DNA of 30,491 nt from a virus (IMGVR_UViG_3300042997_000218:1-30491), one strand, 5' to 3'; counted from the stretch's first letter, positions 6,934 to 15,060 are shown. Made by a program: numbers and translations. Notes: generated from the sequence alone by a model not told the origin.

Positions 6934-7262
6934 TTGAGATGGCGTTTAACTTTGTTCCAGTAAGCGATTGTGGCCGTTTTCTTATCACCAGCGGGACCGC
7001 CTCCGTTCCATTTGCGAGCTAGTTGTTCGGTCGTACAGCCTTTGCCGTAGTGCGTCAGATAAATCTCGCAAACTCGACGAGCCGCAACTCGGTTTGTCAT
7101 TTGGGCGTGAGTGTAGCTGGTGCCAGCGATCCGGTTTGCGTCCACTACAACCGCTCGGTGGATCTGGAGCGCACCGATTGCCAATCCAGCGTCTCCAATC
7201 GCGTCGTCTCGTCCGTTAGACTCCACGGTGATTAGAGCCGCGATCAAAGGTCCAAGATTCAC
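6930..7262 (-). CDS. Lysozyme-fold muramidase / lytic transglycosylase-like protein (candidate endolysin)
   Basis: Catalytic Glu motif ITVESNG, GALQIH and ARKWNGG; GTG start at 7262 in a GTGA overlap. Confidence 0.8.
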   Translation of the reverse strand: MNLGPLIAALITVESNGRDDAIGDAGLAIGALQIHRAVVVDANRIAGTSYTHAQMTNRVAARRVCEIYLTHYGKGCTTEQLARKWNGGGPAGDKKTATIAYWNKVKRHLK

Positions 7263-7453
7263 TTGGTCCCCTTCATCCAAGCCGCTGCTTTGGCTTGGTA
7301 GAGTTCGTCTGCGGACAACAACCGCCCACTGTTGTCGGTAATGCCGATTAGCTCCCGAGTATGGAGCCAGACCTCCCGCGCTCTAAGAGCCTCAAGGATA
7401 GAGGAGTGCTGGCTGAGTGACTTACTGTTTCGGTCTTTGCAATGGTATCGCAT
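7259..7453 (-). CDS. Hypothetical protein
   Basis: ORF with AAATACCATG leader, coupled to the downstream gene. Confidence 0.6.
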   Translation of the reverse strand: MRYHCKDRNSKSLSQHSSILEALRAREVWLHTRELIGITDNSGRLLSADELYQAKAAAWMKGTK

Positions 7454-7476
7454 GGTATTTAATGGTTTTGATGGTT

Positions 7477-7731
7477 TCAGTTGAGAATCTCACAAGCGGA
7501 GAGCCGCTTCTTGGCTCCTACCTCGCGGCAGGAGATCCCTCTACCGTTGAACCGCTGGCGACTAGCTCCAGTGCGGCTCATATCAGACTTCGGAGACTTC
7601 CCGTTGATCTCCAGCACTTCGACAACCAGAGCCATTTTCTCAGAAGTCTTGGTAGCTTTGGCGGTGATGGTGACTCCACGCCAACCGGCAGGAGTGTAAA
7701 CGGATGCGGTGTATTTGATTTCGATGGTCAT
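7477..7731 (-). CDS. Hypothetical protein
   Basis: ORF with AAATACCATG leader. Confidence 0.65.
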   Translation of the reverse strand: MTIEIKYTASVYTPAGWRGVTITAKATKTSEKMALVVEVLEINGKSPKSDMSRTGASRQRFNGRGISCREVGAKKRLSACEILN

Positions 7732-7761
7732 GGTATTTGATGGATTGAGTTATGGTTTGTT

Positions 7762-7786
7762 GCGCGTTGGAGAGTCGCGCCCCTCT
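7762..7786 (-). other. Compact H-type RNA pseudoknot candidate
   Basis: AGAG-GG-GCGCG-A-CTCT-CCAA-CGCGC: stem 1 AGAG/CTCT, stem 2 GCGCG/CGCGC; intergenic. Confidence 0.45.
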
Positions 7787-7792
7787 GGGAAA

Positions 7793-8062
7793 TTATCGGT
7801 TGAGTTTGAGACCCCGCCTTTTGTCGCCAGCAATTACAGTGGATTTCATTGTTGCAAACAATCTGGACTGACCAACATCCGAAAGGTTGCTCCAGTACTT
7901 CCAAGTCTCGGATGTAATCGAGCCAGATTTAGCGCACTCAAGTCCCTCAAAAGCGTATTCCAGCGAGTCAGCGACTGACCAACCGCTTACGGCTGATTTA
8001 AGAATCACGGCATCAATCAATTCTTGCCGTGCTGTTTTTCCGGTCCAAAGTTTTTTGCTCAT
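7793..8062 (-). CDS. Hypothetical protein, first gene after the second early promoter
   Basis: 89-aa ORF downstream of the promoter/operator at 8109-8137. Confidence 0.65.
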   Translation of the reverse strand: MSKKLWTGKTARQELIDAVILKSAVSGWSVADSLEYAFEGLECAKSGSITSETWKYWSNLSDVGQSRLFATMKSTVIAGDKRRGLKLNR

Positions 8063-8108
8063 CGTATTCTTTCGGTTTCTTCGTCGGCTCGTTGCCTTCG
8101 ATGAGTAG

Positions 8109-8137
8109 AGTTAAACCCATCGGTGGGTTATCTGCAA
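8109..8137 (-). promoter_or_regulatory. Sigma70-like promoter with palindromic operator in the spacer
   Basis: TTGCAG-17 nt-TTAACT; operator AACCCA-CCGA-TGGGTT at 8114-8129; A/T-rich upstream sequence. Confidence 0.6.
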
Positions 8138-8198
8138 CAAAAATCTGCAAATTTCTTCAGATTTATTTCAGAGGCTCTAAAATCAGCGAAATGCTGAG

Positions 8199-8267
8199 GA
8201 AATCGTGGTGTTTCGTGCGGTGACCTCACCTGTCGCAGGATCTCCCTGCGCACCATTCCGCGATTTC
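8199..8267. other. Multi-stem structured intergenic element downstream of rusA
   Basis: Outer stem GAAATCG/CGATTTC, TGGTG/CACCA, and inner hairpins CGCAGG/CCTGCG and GGTG/CACC. Confidence 0.45.
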
Positions 8268-8274
8268 TGAGAGG

Positions 8275-8697
8275 CTATTCTGCCGAGATTCTCACGCTGC
8301 AACCAACGGCATCGAGCGCGTAGGATTTGGTCGCTGAGATGAAGCAAATTTGGCTGTCGTCCAGCCAGACCCGCTGAGTGTCGGTGATCGCGTCCGTGAC
8401 CGCTTTTATCAGGTTGTCCAGATCCGGCTTTTTCTGGCACCAGACTGGTGATTTCGGCTTCGGTACACCGTGCTTGTCCAGATGCGCCTTTGGCCGTGGA
8501 AGGAAGAAGTCTAGCTGGATGCGCACAACTCCCGCTATAATTGATTCTGGAGCGTTTGCGACGGCTTGTCGCCTAACCTCCTGCTTCCAAGTCTCAGCCG
8601 AATCCGGCGTGTAAACTCCAGCATGACCTCCCCTGACAAACGCTTTGACTCTGGGTTGAGCTTTGGGGATTCCCGCGCAGAAGAAGCTAATATTCAT
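8275..8697 (-). CDS. rusA: RusA-family Holliday junction resolvase
   Basis: GIPKAQPR, FFLPRPK, KKPDLDNLIKAVTDAI and WLDDSQI; likely start ATG 8697. Confidence 0.9.
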   Translation of the reverse strand: MNISFFCAGIPKAQPRVKAFVRGGHAGVYTPDSAETWKQEVRRQAVANAPESIIAGVVRIQLDFFLPRPKAHLDKHGVPKPKSPVWCQKKPDLDNLIKAVTDAITDTQRVWLDDSQICFISATKSYALDAVGCSVRISAE

Positions 8698-9016
8698 GTC
8701 CTGAAGGAATGATCTCGCTGATTCGTCCGGTGATCCTCGGGTTTGCGTACCACCAGCCGGTGCTTGACTTGTCGGCCACTGCATCGCAGTCACCGTCGAA
8801 CATAACGTGAGTCCCCTCGGTGAGCAGAAGTACAGCGTCCATATCGTCGGCATCAAACGAGCGGAACTGCACTCGTTGAGCGTAGGGTTTGCCGTTGCCC
8901 AACGTCCTTTTTTCAAACTCAATCACGGCGATCAGGAACTGTTTGCCATCGTCTGTGGTGATGATCTCAGCGTCTGAGTGGAGCCGCCCGAAGCCTCTGG
9001 CCCATAGATGCCTCAT
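8687..9016 (-). CDS. SSB-like OB-fold protein without an acidic tail
   Basis: GRLHSDAEI.TT.DG...RVQFRSF...LTEGTHVMFDG follows the SSB pattern GRL..DPE....G...L.KG..V.V.G; located in the recombination module. Confidence 0.55.
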   Translation of the reverse strand: MRHLWARGFGRLHSDAEIITTDDGKQFLIAVIEFEKRTLGNGKPYAQRVQFRSFDADDMDAVLLLTEGTHVMFDGDCDAVADKSSTGWWYANPRITGRISEIIPSGHEY

Positions 9017-9447
9017 CGAGTAAATCCCTCCAGTCGTGCGGGAGAATAGGATGGGGATTTCGCAATCTTACCGTCGCTCCTCCTCACAATATGGCGGTTG
9101 TCCCCAACGCGAGTTGACCGGCAGTCAGCAGGGATGGAGTCAATCTCGTCGTCAGTCCAAACTTTGGACATATTGGATCGGTGGATCTCGCAGAACGCAG
9201 CGTCCACTTGATGCGGACTAAATCCAGCAGCCAGCGCGGCTCCGTAGACGACGTAGAGAAGATCCCCAACAGCGTCCAGATACTCTTTCGGGTTGGTAGC
9301 TGCGGCTAACTCCTGAGCCTCCTCGTCGATGAGCCGGTATCGTAGATTTTGCGTCACCGGATCGGGGAGGATCGGACGCTGCGGGACAAGTTGCTGGTAG
9401 GTCTTCATAAACTCGCGAACGAGTTCCATTGGATGGGTTTGATTCAT
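9013..9447 (-). CDS. MazG-like / PRA-PH family NTP pyrophosphohydrolase
   Basis: LIDEEAQEL, DAVGDLLYVVYG, EIHRSNMSK and DGKIAK; start ATG 9447. Confidence 0.85.
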   Translation of the reverse strand: MNQTHPMELVREFMKTYQQLVPQRPILPDPVTQNLRYRLIDEEAQELAAATNPKEYLDAVGDLLYVVYGAALAAGFSPHQVDAAFCEIHRSNMSKVWTDDEIDSIPADCRSTRVGDNRHIVRRSDGKIAKSPSYSPARLEGFTR

Positions 9448-10559
9448 TTGATTCGTGTAAGTATTGGTTGGGACATTTTGGACTCGGTGCATCCGTCGAG
9501 AAGCGCGGCCAACTTGGCTTCTAGCTCGCGGCCTTTGGTTTGAGTTGCGAGTTTGAGTGAGTCTTTGAGCTTGGTCTTGTTGATCGTGATCGCGGAACTT
9601 AGCTGCTCGTAAGTCCCGAGTTCCAAGAACCGAGAAGCGACTTGTTCAGAGTTGGTTATGGATTCTCGCACCGATCCATCTTTGAGCGTCCAGCCTTCAA
9701 TGGTCTCTCCCTCACTCAGCCTGCGTCGAGCTTCAGACTTACAGGCTTCGATGACAGCCTCCGCTTGAGCCGCTCTGTCGAGGAATTGCGCTAGATGGAT
9801 GGATGTTAAGGTCGCAGCAATCGCGTCTGCTGTAATGCCTTCTGGGGCGTTTACGAGTGGTCCAGTGACTGCGAGTTCCCGCGCTTCGGAGCAATAGGGT
9901 TTCCCTTTGCAGTACTTGCAAGCGGACTCGCTCGGAGTGCGCGGTTGATCCGGTTGCATAATCGCGGCCATCAGCGACTGCGACTCACGCACCGCAGCCA
10001 TCAGGTCGCCCAACTCGTAGGATGCAACGCTCGGAGGTCCAGCTAGAGGTTGGATGATTGCGACCGTGATTTCTTCCAGCGTGAATCCGAAAGACTCATG
10101 CAGGAGCGCGACAAGACACCGCAACTGGAGGTTCTCGGCTGCGTTCTCGACTGTTCCCCTGCCGCTCTTGTAGTCGATGATAAGAGCGCGGTCCCCCTCG
10201 ACGTAGACGACATCTGGCTTACCGCTCCACAACCGTTTGTCTTCTTGACCCAGACCGTAGTTCTGGAGCGACCAAAGCCGTTTCTCGCGGAAGACTTGAG
10301 GCTCCTCGGTGGAGTTCGCGAACACTTGTTTCACTAGTTCCGCTTCCTGCTCACGGCAGCGATCAATGATGTAGGTCTCGTCTGTGGTTAGATTGCTAAC
10401 CGGCTCCATCCCAAGAGCGGCGTGGATGCGGTTGCCGGTAGCAGCGTCAGCGGTTGACTCGGTCTCTGCGATTGCCTTCTCCAACTGCCAACTGCCGATA
10501 CAACTTGCGTACCGGCTCGCGGCTGATGCGCTCGGGAGTCCATTACGCTCGTCACTCAT
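9444..10559 (-). CDS. Cas4-like / DUF2800-type PD-(D/E)XK exonuclease
   Basis: PSASAASRYASC, GNRIH, GKPD...IIDYKSG, NLQL and CKYCKGKPYC (1+3 Cys); start ATG 10559, adjacent to bet. Confidence 0.85.
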   Translation of the reverse strand: MSDERNGLPSASAASRYASCIGSWQLEKAIAETESTADAATGNRIHAALGMEPVSNLTTDETYIIDRCREQEAELVKQVFANSTEEPQVFREKRLWSLQNYGLGQEDKRLWSGKPDVVYVEGDRALIIDYKSGRGTVENAAENLQLRCLVALLHESFGFTLEEITVAIIQPLAGPPSVASYELGDLMAAVRESQSLMAAIMQPDQPRTPSESACKYCKGKPYCSEARELAVTGPLVNAPEGITADAIAATLTSIHLAQFLDRAAQAEAVIEACKSEARRRLSEGETIEGWTLKDGSVRESITNSEQVASRFLELGTYEQLSSAITINKTKLKDSLKLATQTKGRELEAKLAALLDGCTESKMSQPILTRIK

Positions 10560-11235
10560 TGGACATCCCTTCGTGCAAAATGGCTTCGGTGGGTTGAACC
10601 GTAGCGGTAGGGATCGGGTTATTCTCGGGGAGGTACTCGTGCGGTTGCGGCTCCACCTTCGGCTCCAGCTTGCTGCGGAAGATTGGGCGCGACGGCGTGA
10701 CGTTAACTTGCACCTGAGGGACAGCCTCCTCATCGTCTACGATCCCGCTGAATCCAAACGCTACGCGAGCGCATTGGATAAGTGCTTTGTGTCGGAGCAT
10801 TCGACGAGGATTGACCTTCCACGGTTCGCTGTTTCGGTTGCACTCGCTGAAGAACTCGGTGATCTCCACGGGACGCGAGCGATCTTTAAGGTAGATGGTT
10901 GCAGTCACCGAAAACGGCTTGCCATCGACGTCATCAGTGCGGAACTGGATGCCGTCAAACTGCGGATGCCGATTCATCAGCTTGATCCAGCCGTCCACTG
11001 AGACCACTGGAGTAATCCCTCCAGAGCGACCGGGGAATGCGTAAATCTCCTTAGTGAATGGATTCAGGTCGTACTGATTTGCAGTGACCACAAACGCCAG
11101 AAGCTCCTCATTGGTAGCTTTCGGCATCAGAGTAGCGCGGAGAGTATCGAGCAGCTTGATCGGCTCGACGCTGAATTTACCGGCCATCACCGACAGCGCG
11201 GACTGTTTCTGACTCGGTATTAGTTCGTTTTTCAT
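10552..11235 (-). CDS. bet: Red-beta / RecT single-strand annealing protein
   Basis: ANQYDLNPFTKEIYAFP, PVVSVDGW and PRRMLRHKALIQCARVAFGFSGI; start ATG 11235. Confidence 0.92.
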   Translation of the reverse strand: MKNELIPSQKQSALSVMAGKFSVEPIKLLDTLRATLMPKATNEELLAFVVTANQYDLNPFTKEIYAFPGRSGGITPVVSVDGWIKLMNRHPQFDGIQFRTDDVDGKPFSVTATIYLKDRSRPVEITEFFSECNRNSEPWKVNPRRMLRHKALIQCARVAFGFSGIVDDEEAVPQVQVNVTPSRPIFRSKLEPKVEPQPHEYLPENNPIPTATVQPTEAILHEGMSNE

Positions 11236-11371
11236 AGGTCTTCGGTCTGCCTCCACGCTTTCCGTTTGCTCGGGATGCGGAGGCTTTTGCCGTTGATTTG
11301 GATGCTCCCAACTCCTTCGCGAGATCGCGGAGGCTTGCGGCAAAAATGCAGTTGCAGGAGGGACATTTCAT
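11177..11371 (-). CDS. Small basic protein with CPSC and ASRANGKRGGRP motifs (candidate DNA-binding regulator)
   Basis: First ORF after the operator-containing promoter; the NGKxGGRP motif is basic and AT-hook-like. Confidence 0.6.
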   Translation of the reverse strand: MKCPSCNCIFAASLRDLAKELGASKSTAKASASRANGKRGGRPKTYEKRTNTESETVRAVGDGR

Positions 11372-11381
11372 CGACGGGGAG

Positions 11382-11411
11382 ACCGTAAACCCAACGGTGG
11401 GTTTCTGTCAA
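11382..11411 (-). promoter_or_regulatory. Early sigma70-like promoter with palindromic operator
   Basis: Perfect TTGACA, 18 nt, then TACGGT; operator AAACCCA-CCGT-TGGGTTT at 11387-11404; at the late/early module boundary. Confidence 0.7.
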
Positions 11412-14107
11412 GCTACATCGAGGTCAACCAGTCGAATCGTCCGGTAGAGATCGCCGTTAGTTACGTCAATGTAGCTGGCTCCAATGACCGTCTCACCAAA
11501 TCCGTAGGAGCGCATAGGTCTCCACACTGTTGCCGGTGTAATTATTCCGCCAGATGCGCTGATGACTTGGTTGCTGCAATCAAAGTTGAACGATGTAAAT
11601 CCTTTGGATCTGCAATAACTTGCAAGCTCTGTTTGACTGACAACCCAATAGTATTGGGATAATGTGGTGTCATACAGTTTTTTAGCATGAACACCATTGG
11701 CTAAAAACGAGTTGTATTGATTTTCATCAATAAAGAAACACGGTCCCTCTGATAGATCCAAACAAGTTGTTGTGGTATCTTTTGGAATCAAATCTCCAAG
11801 AATTGATGGCGATAGTATTCCTGAAGCGTTAAATTTATAAATCGGACATCTAATCTCACCGTGAGCCAATGGAACCGCTCGATTCCATCCACCAACGTGC
11901 GCTTCTAACAAGTTCCAAAGAAAAGCGGATTTTGGAATCTTATGATAGAACTGACCGATTCCATTGTAATTATTAGCGTTAGCCGTTGAGCCATACGGAA
12001 AATTAAAATAGGTGGATGATGTCCACCTAATGTCTGCAATGTAAGCTTGTTCTGTTGTTGTAACAGAAATCTGAGTGTACCAAGGAGCCAAACAAGCCAT
12101 TGCAGCGTTGTTTTGATCTTTGAAGACATCATCAGCAACATCATTGCTTTGAACCGTCTTATTTGGTTGCCCGAGTATTCTAACAGAAGCATCAACACCT
12201 CCTTTGCCTCCCCACTTATTGACCCAGAAATCAGATCCAAATACATTGGTTACCGCCGGAACCAGCGGATCTGTGGTGAATACTCGCTCAAGATTGTAAT
12301 CGTAGACGCTGCTTGAGAATCCCCACGGTCCACCAGAAGGAACGTAAGCACAATTAACTGCGGGATAATAGCTTGCACCTCCAATTGCTGTTCCAATCTG
12401 TGGAAAAACGTAACCATACATACCGCTGTAATTGCTCGGTTGAGCAATTATATAGGTCTTCTTTGCTGATATGTATGGAGTGCCAAACCATGCGCCAACT
12501 CCAAATTCTTTTGGCCTTAAATCTGTCCTTAACTCTATTACGTTTGCGGTTCGCTCGTAGTTTGGTATATCACTAAAAGCGTTTGCATCATAATCTTCAA
12601 TACCTCTAGCCGTTGACGCTACTACTTGTAATCCAATTGGAGTCAACCTGACAATCCCAACTTTTTCTTCGGGTATTTCAATGTAAACCAAAGGATTATG
12701 ACTATTAATAAAACCTTCTTCAACGGCTATGCGAGCGCGAAGGTCGTACATTGTCTCCATCCACGTTGGAATGTTGCCAGCTTGCCATTGAGTTGCTGAG
12801 TTCGGTGCTGCTACATCTTGAGTGTAATAGTATTCTGGATAACCGATTGAAATGTTAGTAGTTGTTGGGTTGATCTGCCAATAAGGATTAGTAGCCCCAA
12901 AGAACACATTGCAATCAATAGGATAGATCCTAATGACAGAAATTTGATCTTTAGTGTTCATCACTAAAACATCTCCGCTTACTTGCACGTTAATTCCTAC
13001 ACGATTAAGCTGCTCGGTAAATAACGTAACACCACTAAAAACTCTTATGTAATCTTCCGTGACATCAAAGGTGATGCTGTTGTAGACTTGAATCCTAGCG
13101 CGTCCCCAAGTGAATATGGCATCACCAATAAAAGTGTTAGCATCAGACGGGTCCGCATATTCTGGGTACATTGCGCGGATATCGTGCATATATCGCGCAT
13201 CTACCCAAGCTCCCATCGCTCGCATCCACTGGAGCGCAATAAATGGATTGGCAATGTTGTTAGCTTTAGCAGATCGCTCCATACAAACAGACAGCGAGTC
13301 TGGTTGTCCGTACATTGGCGGACCACCGGCAAAGTAAGGAACGTCTCCCGCGACGTAAGGGAAGAAGTAAACGCAAGGAGTAGCATCACGCCAAGTCGAT
13401 AGCCAACTGCCGTCAGCGCGTCTCCTAAACGATCTACAGCCCATTGCAGGGACTGTCTTGCGTTCTGCTGATCCGTCTGGCAATTGGAGAAAGACCGTCG
13501 CGTCTTTGCTTCCGCAGTTGTGGACTCTCCAGCAATCAAACCGCTGGTATGAGTTGAGAATCCTGAAAGTCGAAATGCCTTCAAGCTTGATCTCAGCAAC
13601 AGCGGTCTTGTGGTTGTGGATTCTACCGGGAGGCAATGAAGGAACCGATCCAACTGAAGAAAAGTAAGACCTAACGTAAGAGAGATAACCAGAATCCCAA
13701 TCGTCCCATCCTAAATGGACATCGTAATCAATGCCATCAACAGTTCTTTTGTGTAACTCAAAAGATTTTTGAATTGCCGCAATGTTGCAATCATTGGAAT
13801 TGAATGTGGTAACGTATTTATCAAGATAAACCTGACCACCTTCTTTATCTTGATATTTGACTTCTAAGTTGGAAAGCTCACTTGCAATCTGTGTTTGAGT
13901 CAGAGTACTTCCAGTTACATAGAAGCTTGTGTCGGGATCTCTTGAATAATCGTAACTAACACCGAGAGGTATTTTTGACGTAAGACCAAGAACATACGGA
14001 GTCTTATTGTCTAAAGTTCTGGCGCACTTATTGTCGAATCTCGCGTATAGATCATTGAGATTGCGAGCAGTCCACATCTTTTCATTTCTATCAATTGCCA
14101 ATGGCAT
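11408..14107 (-). CDS. Large tail-tip / baseplate or receptor-binding protein (899 aa)
   Basis: Last gene of the tail module; rich in Tyr, Trp, Asn, Ser and Thr; no specific family recognised. Confidence 0.6.
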   Translation of the reverse strand: MPLAIDRNEKMWTARNLNDLYARFDNKCARTLDNKTPYVLGLTSKIPLGVSYDYSRDPDTSFYVTGSTLTQTQIASELSNLEVKYQDKEGGQVYLDKYVTTFNSNDCNIAAIQKSFELHKRTVDGIDYDVHLGWDDWDSGYLSYVRSYFSSVGSVPSLPPGRIHNHKTAVAEIKLEGISTFRILNSYQRFDCWRVHNCGSKDATVFLQLPDGSAERKTVPAMGCRSFRRRADGSWLSTWRDATPCVYFFPYVAGDVPYFAGGPPMYGQPDSLSVCMERSAKANNIANPFIALQWMRAMGAWVDARYMHDIRAMYPEYADPSDANTFIGDAIFTWGRARIQVYNSITFDVTEDYIRVFSGVTLFTEQLNRVGINVQVSGDVLVMNTKDQISVIRIYPIDCNVFFGATNPYWQINPTTTNISIGYPEYYYTQDVAAPNSATQWQAGNIPTWMETMYDLRARIAVEEGFINSHNPLVYIEIPEEKVGIVRLTPIGLQVVASTARGIEDYDANAFSDIPNYERTANVIELRTDLRPKEFGVGAWFGTPYISAKKTYIIAQPSNYSGMYGYVFPQIGTAIGGASYYPAVNCAYVPSGGPWGFSSSVYDYNLERVFTTDPLVPAVTNVFGSDFWVNKWGGKGGVDASVRILGQPNKTVQSNDVADDVFKDQNNAAMACLAPWYTQISVTTTEQAYIADIRWTSSTYFNFPYGSTANANNYNGIGQFYHKIPKSAFLWNLLEAHVGGWNRAVPLAHGEIRCPIYKFNASGILSPSILGDLIPKDTTTTCLDLSEGPCFFIDENQYNSFLANGVHAKKLYDTTLSQYYWVVSQTELASYCRSKGFTSFNFDCSNQVISASGGIITPATVWRPMRSYGFGETVIGASYIDVTNGDLYRTIRLVDLDVA

Positions 14108-14108
14108 A

Positions 14109-14324
14109 TCAATAGAACCAAGATTCCTCCGAGGTTGTCATTGTGACTGTCTTTCCAGTCTGCTTTATCTTGAGCGTCGTGCCATTCGGAGTCTGCTCAA
14201 TCGCTTGATCAGGTCCGGCAACAAGCTGGATCTTGCGGACTACGTCAATCAGTTGATTGATAGCGCGAGCGTGTTCGGCTTTGATACCACGCTCTGCAAC
14301 TTTAGATGGAAGTGTAACAGCCAT
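14109..14324 (-). CDS. Small tail-associated protein
   Basis: ARAINQLIDVVRK...EQTPNGTTLKI; position in the tail module. Confidence 0.6.
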   Translation of the reverse strand: MAVTLPSKVAERGIKAEHARAINQLIDVVRKIQLVAGPDQAIEQTPNGTTLKIKQTGKTVTMTTSEESWFY

Positions 14325-14689
14325 TAGATCTCGCAGAATTGAGCGAAGATTTTGACGCTTGATCCGCTGGTTACTGCTTTCAGATACAGGTTAGCATCAA
14401 CTCGCGGAATAAGCATGAACTCTCCAGCAGGGATCTGAAACTGGTAAGGAGTAGAAACACCAACATAGACCGCATATTGCAAGTCTAGGTTCTTGATCAA
14501 CACTTTGTACGGCAAAGAAAGATCGGCAGCAATCTCCAGCAATTCATCAGCAGCAGAACCGATATCTTGGGTATTTTGACCCATATCAGTTCCAGTCATG
14601 TTTGATGTAGTGGTAAAAGTCTGCGAGTTGATTGATGCACCGTTTTTGGATGCGTACAACCTAGCGGACATTTCGATCTCGTTTGCCAT
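14324..14689 (-). CDS. Virion structural protein, paralog of 14701-15060
   Basis: Shares M.ARLYASK.GA, M.G.DMG..TQ.IG, PYK.LI.NLD, IPAGE and FCEI with its neighbour. Confidence 0.75.
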   Translation of the reverse strand: MANEIEMSARLYASKNGASINSQTFTTTSNMTGTDMGQNTQDIGSAADELLEIAADLSLPYKVLIKNLDLQYAVYVGVSTPYQFQIPAGEFMLIPRVDANLYLKAVTSGSSVKIFAQFCEI

Positions 14690-14700
14690 GATTCAGTTGG

Positions 14701-15060
14701 TTAAATCTCGCAGAACGTAGCTTGGATGGTCACGGCAGAGGTATTCGCTAGGAGATACAACGTCGCGCTAACGTATGGCATCAGCAGCGTCTCTCCAGCG
14801 GGAATCCGCATCGTGTAAGTTCCAGAGACAAAACCAAGCTCAACATAGTTGGTATTGTCCAAGTTGGCGATCAATAGCTTGTAAGGACTAGCTACATCCA
14901 CCGGAACGTCTAGAGCTTCAACGGTGGTTCCAATCAATTGGGTCTGTGAACCCATATCGACTCCAGCCATTGTCGCGCTTTTGGTGTAGGTTACGCTCGG
15001 CAAGAAAGCTCCACCTTTGGAGGCGTACAAGCGAGCCGTCATTTGAATTTCGTCAGCCAT
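14701..15060 (-). CDS. Virion structural protein, paralog of 14324-14689
   Basis: Shared motifs as above; beta-rich. Confidence 0.75.
   Translation of the reverse strand: MADEIQMTARLYASKGGAFLPSVTYTKSATMAGVDMGSQTQLIGTTVEALDVPVDVASPYKLLIANLDNTNYVELGFVSGTYTMRIPAGETLLMPYVSATLYLLANTSAVTIQATFCEI

Noticed and set aside
8199-8267. Hammerhead ribozyme suggested by CGAAAC and a three-way junction
   Set aside because: The CUGANGA core and a correctly placed NUH triplet are absent; kept only as an unclassified structure
9444-10559. CRISPR-associated cas4
   Set aside because: Stand-alone Cas4-like exonuclease paired with bet; this is a phage recombination module with no CRISPR context
10384-11001. 205-aa plus-strand ORF and the other plus-strand ORFs in the track
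   Set aside because: All overlap well-supported minus-strand genes and lack family motifs
8275-11343. Long N-terminal extensions given by the ORF track for rusA, MazG-like, exonuclease and bet (also 4969-5412, 16979-17584, 21155-21508 and 29124-29777)
   Set aside because: They overlap upstream genes extensively; downstream starts coupled to the previous stop codon match the family N-termini
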